Below are positions 1-10,129 of a stretch of DNA of 18,366 nt, piece by piece. The notes beneath the pieces are model-generated. The model was not told the origin of the DNA. It ran no database searches and saw only the letters and a list, made by a program, of their open reading frames with translations. Source of the DNA: Tubiluchus corallicola (Eukaryota > Animalia > Priapulida); the NCBI GenBank assembly GCA_030141605.1, contig JAQGDQ010001995.1:1-18366 (forward strand), read 5' to 3'. Position numbers and translations under genes: made by a program. Numbering within the stretch: the stretch's first letter is position 1; each line of letters starts with the position of its first letter.

Positions 1-211
1 AGCAGTTGCTAAACGTACCGTCTGGCATTTCACCATGAGAAACTCCTATCGCTTTCATAGGAATCATATCCTTGAATGAGACAGTTGAAATCATTTACCG
101 TGCAATCCTGTAATGACATTTGCAAAGAAACTGCAACTAAAGTTTTTTGCGATAATATTAAGTGCAGTAAGAGATTGTGAGTGCAAAATGTGTGATTCCA
201 TTCAAAAATTG
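1..211 (+). repeat. Non-satellite module E, short form (copy 1, cut by window start)
   Basis: Near-identical to 3304-3513 and homologous to 851-1061 and 7263-7473. Shares diagnostic CACCATGAGAAACTCC with the 3254 copy and runs directly into satellite after TTCAAAAATTG. Confidence 0.95.
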
Positions 212-800
212 CGCAACTTTATGCAGTTTTTGCATGATCTTTGGGCATTTCTCACGCAATCTTTGTGCTGATTTTGCGCGATCTTTGCACAGTTTTTGCG
301 GGATCTTTGCGCACTTTTTACGAGGCCTTTGTGCAGTTTTTGCGCAATCTTTGCACAGTTTTTGTGCGCTCTTTTTGGGCAGTTTTTGCGCGATCTTTTT
401 GGGCAGTTTTTGCACAATCTTTACACAGTTTTTGCGCGATTTTTGCACAGTTTTTGCACGATCTTTGAGCAGTTTTTGCGCGATCTTGGCACAGTTTTCG
501 CGCAGTTTTTGCATGATCTTTGCACAGTTTTTGCGCAGTTTTTGCACAATCTTTGCACAGTTTTAGCACGATCTTTGCGCAGTTTTTGCGCGATCTTTGC
601 ACAGTTTTCGCGCAGTTTTTGTACAATCTTTGCACAGTTTTTGAGCAGTTTAGCGTGATCTTTGCACAGTTTTTGCACAGTTTTTGCACGATCTTTGCGC
701 AGTTTTTGCGCGATCTTTGCACAGTTTTTGCGCGATCTTTGCACAGTTTTTGCGCGATCTTTTTGGGCAGTTTTTGCGCAATCTTTACGCAGTTTTTGCG
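212..800 (+). repeat. 22-bp (2x11-bp) satellite array A1, consensus ACAGTTTTTGCGCGATCTTTGC
   Basis: Continuous tandem 11-mers (A/G)CAGTTTTTGC and GC(G/A)ATCTTTGC. Confidence 0.97.
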
Positions 801-1372
801 GCAGTTGTTGATGGAAAAGTTCTAGTGAGTGTGAACGTTGGGCAGAGCTAAACAGTTGCTAAACGTACCGTCTGGCATTTCACCATGACAAATTCCTATC
901 GCTTTCATAAGAATCATATCCTTGAATGAGACAGTTGAAATCATTTACCGTGCAATCCTGCTATGACATTTGCAAAGAAACTGCAACTAAAGTTTTTTGC
1001 GATAATATTAAGTGCAGGAAGAGATTGTGAGTGCAAAATGTGTGATTCCATTCAAAAATTGAAAATTTCGTCTCTGTGAGAAGTAAATTATTCTTCGTGG
1101 TGAGATAGTTCGCGTATTATTGCGTATTCGTGTTCGTTTTGCCTGAGAAATAAATTGTGGCTGCATTGCGTTTTTAGTGAATTCAAGCGAGGCTATTGCA
1201 ACACTTTACTTGGCCGAGTGTTATTCAAATATTTTAATACTGTTTATTATGACACAAGTTTAATGCAATATCATTTAAAGCATCAGTTCTGTTACCATAT
1301 TTAGAGTTTTAACCAATAACTTTCCTTCTCTTATTCATACATCAGCTGTCTACGTTTTTAGTACCATAATTA
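801..1372 (+). repeat. Non-satellite module E, long form (copy 1)
   Basis: Colinear and highly similar to 7213-7784. Diagnostic CACCATGACAAATTCC; continues past the point where the short copies stop (AAAATTTCGTCTCTGTGAG...). Confidence 0.95.
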
Positions 1373-1895
1373 GTAAAACCATCTGAACCTGCACTGCGTT
1401 GCTATCTGGCAAAGGAAATAATATGAAAATAAGTTACACTGCCATGTAAAAAATCTTTATAATTTTTGCGGAGTGCTGCTTTTAACTGCATCAGCCAGCT
1501 GCACGCATGACAAGCAAACCAGAGCCTGCATTGTGCTGCCATCTAGCAACAAAAATAATATAACAACACCTTATACTGCCCTGTAACTTAAGGTTCATAA
1601 TTTCTGTGGAGTACTTGTTTTAAATGCTTTTGACTGTTGTACGCACACAAAGTCCACCAGAGACTGCACTGTGCTGCCATCTAGCAATGGAAATAAAATG
1701 AAAACAGCTTATTCTTCCTTGTAAAAAAGCTTCTTAATTTCTGTAGACTGCTGATTTTAACTGCACTTGACTGTTATGCACATGGTAAGTTCATCACATG
1801 TTGCACTGTGCTGCCATCTAGCAACGGAAATAAAATGAAAGCTGCTTATGCTGCCTCGTAAAAAAGCTTGTTAATTTTTGTAGACTGCTGATTTT
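1373..1895 (+). repeat. Diverged ~137-bp tandem repeat, about 4 units
   Basis: Core TGCACTGTGCTGCCATCTAGCAA; GC(C/T)ATCT starts at 1401, 1538, 1676 and 1813 (spacing 137, 138, 137). Confidence 0.9.
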
Positions 1896-3253
1896 TGCGG
1901 GATATTTGCACAGTTTTTGCGCATCTTTGTGCAATCTAGTGCAGTTTTTGCGCGATCTTTGCACAGTTTTTGCGCAATATTTGTACAGCTTTTGCGCAAT
2001 CTTTGCCCAGTTTTTGCGCAGTTTTTGCGCAAACTTTGCACAGTTTTTGCTCAATCTTTGCGCAGTTTTTGCGCAATCTTTGCACAGTTTTTGTGCGCTC
2101 TTTTTGGGCAGTTTTTGCGCGATTTTTGCACAGTTTTTGCACGATCTTTTTGGGCAGTTTTTGCGCGATCTTTGCACAGTTTTCGCGCAGTTTTTGCATG
2201 ATCTTTGCACAGTTTTGCACAGTTTTTGCACGATCTTTGTGCAGTTTTTGCGCGATCTTTGCACAGTTTTGCGCGGTCTTTGCACAGTTTTTGCGCGATC
2301 TTTTTGTTCAGTTTTTGCGCAATCTTTGTGCAGTTTTTGCGCAATCTTTGCACAGTTTTTGAGCGATCTTTGTACAGTTTTTGCGCAGTTTTTGCGTGAT
2401 CTTTGCACAGTTTTTGCACAGTTTTTGCACGATCTTTGCGCAGTTTTTGCGCGATCTTTGCACAGTTTTGCGCGAAATTTGCACAGTTTTTGTGCGCTCT
2501 TTTTGGGCAGTTTTTGCGTTCTCTTTTTGGGCAGTTTTTGCACAATCTTTGCACAGTTTTTGCGCGATCTTTGCGCAGTTTTTGCGCGATCTTTGCACAG
2601 TTTTCGCGCAGTTTTTGCATGATCTTTGCACAGTTTTTGCACGATCTTTGTGCAGTTTTTGCGCGATCTTTGCACAGTTTTGCGCGATCTTTGCACAGTT
2701 TACGCGCGATCTATTTGGGCAGTTTTTGCGTAATCTTTGTGCAGTTTTTGAGCGATCTTTGTACAGTTATTGCGCAGTTTTTGCGTGATCTTTGCACGGT
2801 TTTTGCGCGATCTTTTTGGGCAGTTTTTGCGCAATCTTTGTGCAGTTTTTGCTTGATGTTTGCGCAGTTTTTGTGTGATCTTTGTACAGTTTTTGCGCGA
2901 TCTTTGCACAGTTTTTTCGCAATCTTTGTGCAGATTGTGCGTGATCTTTGCACAGTTTTTGCGCAGTTTTTGCGTGATCTCTGCACAGTTTTTTTTGCGT
3001 GATCTTTGCACAAAAATTGCGCAACTCTATGCAGTTTTTGCGCAATCTTTGGGCATTTCTTGCGCAATCTTTGTGTAGTTTTTGTGCGATCTTTGCACAG
3101 TTTTTGCGCAGTTTTTGCGTTATCTTTGCCCAGTTTTTGCGCGATATTTGCACAGTTTTTGCGCGATCTTTTTGGGCAGTTTTTGCGCAATCTTTGTGCA
3201 GTTTTTGCGGGATGTTTGCGCAGTTTTTGCTCGATCTTTGCACAGTTTTTGCG
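1892..3253 (+). repeat. 22-bp satellite array A2
   Basis: Same 11+11 unit as A1, same orientation. Confidence 0.97.
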
Positions 3254-3513
3254 GGAGTTCTTGATGGAAAATCTCTAGTGAGAGTGAACGTTGGGCAGAG
3301 CTAAGCAGTTGCTAACGTACCGTCTGGCATTTCACCATGAGAAACTCCTATCGCTTTCACAGGAATCATATCCTTGAATGAGACAGTTGAAATCATTTAC
3401 CGTGCAATCCTGTAATGACATTTGCAAAGAAACTGCAACTAAAGTTTTTTGCGATAATATTAAGTGCAGTAAGAGATTGTGAGTGCAAAATGTGTGATTC
3501 CATTCAAAAATTG
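3254..3513 (+). repeat. Non-satellite module E, short form (copy 2)
   Basis: Starts GGAGTTCTTGATGGAAAA (cf. GCAGTTGTTGATGGAAAA at 801 and 7213) and ends TTCAAAAATTG into satellite exactly like 1-211. Confidence 0.95.
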
Positions 3514-6500
3514 CGCAACTTTATGCAGTTTTTGCATGATCTTTGGGCATTTCTCACGCAATCTTTGTGCTGATTTTGCGCGATCTTTGCACAGTTTTTG
3601 CGGGATCTTTGCGCACTTTTTACGAGGCCTTTGTGCAGTTTTTGCGCAATCTTTGACAGTTTTTGTGCGCTCTTTTTGGGCAGTTTTTGCGCGATCTTTT
3701 TGGGCAGTTTTTGCACAATCTTTACACAGTTTTTGCGCGATTTTTGCACAGTTTTTGCACGATCTTTGAGCAGTTTTTGCGCGATCTTGGCACAGTTTTC
3801 GTGCAGTTTTTGCATGATCTTTGCACAGTTTTTGCGCAATCTTTGCACAGTTTTTGTGCGCTCTTTTTGGGCAGTTTTTGCGCGATCTTTTTAGGCAGTT
3901 TTTGCACAATCTTTGCACAGTTTTTACGCGATTTTTGCACAGTTTTTGCACGATCTTTGCGCAGTTTTTGCGCGATCTTTGCACAGTTTTGCGCGATCTT
4001 TGCGCAGTGTTTGCGCAATCTTTGCACAGTTTTTGCGCGATCTTTGCACAGTTTTTGCGCGATCTTTGCACAGTTTTTGCGCAGTTTTGCGTGATCTTTG
4101 CACAGTTTTTTTGCGTGATCCATGCACAAAAATTGCGCAACTTTATGCAGTTTTTGCGTGATCTTTGGGAATTTCGTTTCTCAATCTTTGTGCAGTTTTT
4201 GCGCAATCTTTGCACAGTTTTTGCGGGATCTTTGCGCAGTTTTTGCGAGACCTTTGCGCAGTTTTTGCGCGATCTTTTTGCGCAGTTTTTGCACAATCTT
4301 TGCACAGTTTTTGCACGCTTTTTGCACAGTTTTTGCACGATCTTTGTGCAGTTTTTGCGCGATCTTTGCACAGTTTTGCGCGATCTTTGCACAGTTTTTG
4401 TGCGCTCTTTTTGGGCAGTTTTTGTGCGATCTTTTTGGGCAGTTTTTGCACAATCTTTGCACAGTTTTTGCCCGATTTTTGCACAGTTTTTGCACGATCT
4501 TTGTAGTTTTTGCACAGTTTTGCGCGATCTTTGCACAGTTTTTGCTCGATCTTTTTGGGCAGTTTTTGCGCAATCTTTGTGCAGTTTTTGCGGGATCTTT
4601 GCGCACTTTTTGCGCGATCTTTGTGCTCTTTTTACGCAGTTTTTGCGTGATCTTTGCACAGTTTTTGCACAATCTTTTTGCAGTTTTTGCGCAATCTTTG
4701 TGCAGTTTATGCGGGATGTTTGCGCAGTTTTTGTGTGATCTTTGTACAGTTTTTGCGCGATCTTTGCACAGTTTTTTCGCAATCTTTGTGCAGATTGTGC
4801 GTGATCTTTGCACAGTTTTTTCGCAATCTTTGTGCAGATTGTGCGTGATCTTTGCACAGTTTTTGCGCAGTTTTTGCGTGATCTCTGCACAGTTTTTTTG
4901 CGTGATCTTTGCACAAAAATTGGGCAACTTTATGCAGTTTTTGCGCAATCTTTGGGCATTTCTTGCGCAATCTTTGTGTAGTTTTTGTGCGCTCTTTTTG
5001 GGCAGTTTTTGCGCGATCTTTTTAGGCAGTTTTTGCACAATCTTTGCACAGTTTTTACGCGATTTTTGCACAGTTTTTGCGCAGTTTTTGCGTGATCTTT
5101 GCACAGTTTTTGCTCAATCTTTGCGCAGTTTTTGCGCAATCTTTGCACAGCTTTTGTGCGCTCTTTTTGGGCAGTTTTTGCATCTTTGCACAGTTTTTGC
5201 GCGATCTTTGTGCAGTTTTTGCGCGATTTTTGCACATTTTTGCGCGATCTTTGCACAGTTTTTGTGCGCTCTTTTTGGGCAGTTTTTGCGCGATCTTTTT
5301 GGGCAGTTTTTGCACAATCTTTGCACAGTTTTTGCGCGATCTTTGCGCAGTTTTTGCGCGATCTTTGCACAGTTTTGCGCGATCTTTGCGCAGTGTTTGC
5401 GCAATCTTTGCACAGTTTTTGCGCGATCTTTGCACAGTTTTTGCGCGATCTTTGCACAGTTTTTGCGCAGTTTTGCGTGATCTTTGCACAGTTTTTTTGC
5501 GTGATCCATGCACAAAAATTGCGCAACTTTATGCAGTTTTTGCGTGATCTTTGGGAATTTCGTTTCTCAATCTTTGTGCAGTTTTTGCGCAATCTTTGCA
5601 CAGTTTTTGCGGGATCTTTGCGCAGTTTTTGCGAGACCTTTGCGCAGTTTTTGCGCGATCTTTTTGGGCAGTTTTTGCACAATCTTTGCACAGTTTTTGC
5701 ACGCTTTTTGCACAGTTTTTGCACGATCTTTGTGCAGTTTTTGCGCGATCTTTGCACAGTTTTGCGCGATCTTTGCACAGTTTTCGCGCAGTTTTTGCAT
5801 GATCTTTGCAGTTTTTGCACAGTTTTTGCACGATCTTTGTGCAGTTTTTGCGCGATCTTTGCACAGTTTTGCGCGATCTTTGCACAGTTTTTGCTCGATC
5901 TTTTTGGGCAGTTTTTGCGCAATCTTTGTGCAGTTTTTGCGCAATCTTTGCACAGTTTTTGAGCGATCTTTATACAGTTATTGCGCAGTTTTTGCGTGAT
6001 CTTTGCACAGTTTTTGCGCGATCTTTTTGGGCAGTTTTTGCGCAATCTTTGTGCAGTTTTTGCGGGATGTTTGCGCAGTTTTTGTGTGATCTTTGTGCAG
6101 ATTGTGCGTGATCTTTGCACAGTTTTTTCGCAATCTTTGTGCAGATTGTGCGTGATCTTTGCACAGTTTTTGCGCAGTTTTTGCGTGATCTCTGCACAGT
6201 TTTTTTGCGTGATCTTTGCACAAAAATTGCGCAACTTTATGCAGTTTTTGCGCAATCTTTGGGCATTTCTTGCACAATCTTTGTGTAGTTTTTGTGCGCT
6301 CTTTTTGGGCAGTTTTTGCGCGATCTTTTTAGGCAGTTTTTGCACAATCTTTGCACAGTTTTTACGCGATTTTTGCACAGTTTTTGCGCAGTTTTTGCGT
6401 GATCTTTGCACAGTTTTTGCTCAATCTTTGCGCAGTTTTTGCGCAATCTTTGCACAGTCTTTGTGCGCTCTTTTTGGGCAGTTTTTGCGCGATCTTTTTG

Positions 6501-7212
6501 GGCAGTTTTTGCATCTTTGCACAGTTTTTGCGCGATCTTTGTGCAGTTTTTGCGCGATTTTTGCACATTTTTGCGCGATCTTTGCACAGTTTTTGTGCGC
6601 TCTTTTTGGGCAGTTTTTGCGCGATCTTTTTGGGCAGTTTTTGCACAATCTTTGCACAGTTTTTGCGCGATTTTTGCACAGTTTTTGCACGATCTTTGCG
6701 CAGTTTTTGCACGATCTTTGCACAGTTTTGCGCGATCTTTGCGCAGTGTTTGCGCAATCTTTGCACAGTTTTTGCGCGATCTTTGCACAGTTTTTGCGCG
6801 ATCTTTGCACAGTTTTTGCGCAGTTTTGCGTGATCTTTGCACAGTTTTTTTTGCGTGATCCATGCACAAAAATTGCGCAATCTTTATGCCGTTTTTGCGG
6901 GATCTTTGCGCAGTTTTTGCGCGATCTTTTTGGGCAGTTTTTGCGCAATATTTATGCCGTTTTTGCGGGATCTTTGCACATTTTTTTGTGATCTTTGCGC
7001 AGTTTTTACGCAATCATTGCACAATTTTTGCGCGATCTTTGCACAGTTTTTGCGTGATCTTTGCGCAGTTTTTGCGCGATCTTTTTGGGCAGTTTTTGCG
7101 CGATCTTTTTGGGCAGTTTTTGCGCAATCTTTATGCAGTTTTTGCGGGATGTTTGCGCAGTTTTTGCGCGATCTTTGAGCAGTTTTTGCGCAATCTTTAC
7201 GCAGTTTTTGCG
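3514..7212 (+). repeat. 22-bp satellite array A3 (3.7 kb) with internal ~1.3-1.4-kb higher-order duplication
   Basis: Same unit. Rare variants recur at long period: CCATGCAC at 4120/5506/6860, CAGTGTTTG at 4005/5391/6743, GGGAATTTCG at 4167/5553. Confidence 0.97.
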
Positions 7213-7784
7213 GCAGTTGTTGATGGAAAAGTTCTAGTGAGTGTGAACGTTGGGCAGACCTAAACAGTTGCTAAACGTACCGTCTGGCATTTCACCATGA
7301 CAAATTCCTATCGCTTTCATAGGAATCATATCCTTGAATGAGACAGTTGAAATCATTTACCGTGCAATCCTGTAATGACATTTGCAAAGAAACTGCAACT
7401 AAAGTTTTTTGCGATAATATTAAGTACAGTAAGAGATTGTGAGTGCAAAATGTGTGATTCCATTCAAATATTGAAAATTTCGTCTCTGTGAGAAGTAAAT
7501 TATTCTTCGTGCTGAGATCGTTTGCGTATTATTGCATATTCGTGTTCGTTTTGCCTGAGAAATAAATTATGGCTGCGTTGCATTTTTTGTGAATTCAAGC
7601 GAGGCTATTGCAACACTTTACTTGGCCTAGCGTTATTCAAATATTTTAATACTGTTTATTATGACTCAAGTTTAATGCAACATCATTTAAAGCATCAGTT
7701 CTGTTACCATATTTAGAGTTTTAACCAATAACTTTCCTTCTCTTATTTGTACATCAGTTGTCTACGTTTTTACTGCCATAATTA
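7213..7784 (+). repeat. Non-satellite module E, long form (copy 2)
   Basis: Colinear with 801-1372, including the preceding satellite junction GCAATCTTTACGCAGTTTTTGCG|GCAGTTGTTG. Confidence 0.95.
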
Positions 7785-8019
7785 TTGAGATACTTACTTA
7801 TAATGTAATTATTTCGCACTTCATACTTCAAGATTTCCAGCATTCTGTCTTAATGGTGAGTCAAATAAAATGGAAAATAATGAGGTCTTCTAAGAGTCTT
7901 TTGCACGGACATAACTAAGTGATTACAGTTGTGTTCGGAAAAATCAACCTATTTTTTAGACATTTATAAGTGATTTACAAAACAAAAGGTTTTGTTTTAC
8001 TTTGTTTTGCTAGTTGGAG

Positions 8020-8490
8020 ATCTGCTGGTTTTTAATGCATCCGACTGTTTTGTGCACAGTAAGACCATGTGAACCAGCACTGTGCTGCCATCTGGCAATG
8101 AATACAATATGGAAACAGTTTACATAACAAAGCATCATAATTTTTTTAGAGTAATGCTTTCGAATGCATCGGCTGTTGTGCGAGCAGTAAGCTCATCACA
8201 CCTTGCATGGTGCTTCTATCTCGCACGAAAATAATAAGAAAACAGTTCGTTTTGCCATTTAACAAAGCTTTATCATTTTTGCAGATTACCGGCTTTAAAT
8301 GCATACGATGGTTGTGTGCATTGTAAAACCATCTGAACCTGCACTGCGCTGCCATCTTGCAAAGGAAATAATATGATCATAGTCTTGACTGCACTTGACT
8401 GTTATGCACACGGTAAGTTCATCACAGGTTGCACTGTACTGCCATCTGGCAACGGAAATAATATAAAAACAGCTCATGATGCCATGTAAC
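8020..8490 (+). repeat. Second cluster of the ~137-bp repeat, 4 units (one internally deleted)
   Basis: Core GCCATCTGGCAA or variants at 8087, 8215, 8351 and 8441. 8323-8376 matches 1373-1426 and 8388-8490 matches 1760-1861. Confidence 0.88.
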
Positions 8491-9018
8491 AATGTTTCGC
8501 ACAATGAAAACGTGCTTAAAGAATTTTTTAAAATTGTAGCACTTTTTTACAGTATTTTTACAAATTAGTGTGATTTCTTATTCATAAACTTTCGAAATAT
8601 TACAACAAGTTTCAGTTTGGATTTTCGCAATTACAGAGCTTGTTATACATCAAAAGATTTATAATTTAGCTTCTCTTTTGTGTAAGAGCAGCACCTCCTA
8701 AAAGGTTTGCTTTTTTGTGTTTTGCGTTATCAAACTAATTTTGCCAAATGTTATCGTACCAACTTTGCGGTTGTAGAACAGGTCTAATCAGGCTAACCTT
8801 ACACGCCAAACTTTAAAAAAGCAATATGAAAAGCTTTGAAACAGCATAGATTTTAGTGATTCATAGAGTGAAGAAATAAAAGTTTTTCTCAAAAAATACA
8901 TAAAAATTCAGAAGAAAATCTATTGTCAGTTATTGCTGATATTTAGTTATTAAAATATCTTTTTTTTCTTAAAGTTTGAAATGACTCTGCGCTAAACTAG
9001 TACAGCTAAACGAGCCAG

Positions 9019-9386
9019 CTTTGCGCGATCTTTGCGCAGCTTTTGCGCGATCTTTGGGCATTTCTTGCGCGATCTCTGCACAGTCTTTTTGCAGTTTTTG
9101 CGGGATCTTTGCGGAGTTTTTGCGAGACCTTTGCGCAGTTTTTGCGCAATCTTTGCACAGTTTTTGTGCAATCTTTGCACAGTTTTTGCGCGATCTTTGC
9201 ACAGTTTTTGCGGGATCTTTGTGCAGTTTCTGCACGATCTTTGTGCAGTTTTTGCGCAGTCTTGACCAGTTTTTGCGCGATCTTTGCACAGTTTTTGCGG
9301 GATCTTTGTGCAGTTTCTGCACGATCTTTGTGCAGTTTTTGCGCAGTCTTGACCAGTTTTTGCGCGATCTTTGCGCAGTTTTTGCG
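9019..9386 (+). repeat. 22-bp satellite array A4
   Basis: Same unit; contains an 87-bp internal duplication (GTCTTGACC at 9259 and 9346). Confidence 0.95.
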
Positions 9387-9998
9387 AGAACCACACCCAT
9401 TTCCTGACAACAAAACTCATTTTGTGACAACCACACCTAATTCGGACAACCACACGCATTTTCTGAACACCACACTCTTTTTGTGACAACCACACCGATT
9501 TCTGACAACCACACTCATTTTGTGACAACCACACTCATTTTGTGACAACCACTCTCATTTTATGACAACCACACCCATTTTCTGACAACCACACTTATTT
9601 TCTGACAACCACACTCATTTTGTGACAACCCACAACCATTTCTGACAACCAACACTCGTTTTCTGACAACCACACTTATTTTGTGACAACCACACTCATT
9701 TTGTGACAACCACACTCATTTTGTGACAACCACACTCATTTTGTGACAACCACACCCATTTCTGATAACCACACTCATTTTATGACAAACACACTCATTT
9801 TCTGACAAACACACTCATTTTCTGACAACAACACCCATTCCTGACAACCACACTCATTTTGTGACAACCACACTCATTTTGTGACAACCACACCCATTTC
9901 TGACAACCACACCCATTTCTGACAAACACACTCAGTTTGTGACAACCACACTCATTTTCCGACAAACACACTCATTTTGTGACAACCACACCGATTTT
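9387..9998 (+). repeat. 20-bp minisatellite (GACAACCACACTCATTTTGT), about 30 units with 19-bp variants
   Basis: Direct tandem units without unique spacers, abutting satellite A4. Confidence 0.97.
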
Positions 9999-10129
9999 CA
10001 AAAGTTGTCAAAAATTGGAGTCTTGTTGTTTATTTAGGGGAGCAAACATTTCAAGGTTGGTCATTACCCAGATGATCTCACGCAGGTTAGAATTGTTGAC
10101 AAATCTGATGAATCACTTCAAAAAACGAG

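Noticed and set aside
1373-1895. 137-bp units as a CRISPR or attC-type repeat-spacer array
   Set aside because: The sequence between the cores is homologous from unit to unit, so it is a diverged tandem repeat rather than unique spacers.
3889-6335. TTAGG occurrences as telomeric repeats
   Set aside because: Three isolated satellite point variants (TTTTAGGCAG), not tandem.
9387-9998. CRISPR-like appearance of the GACAAC-containing repeats
   Set aside because: Units are directly tandem with no unique spacers, there are no cas genes, and the context is eukaryotic.
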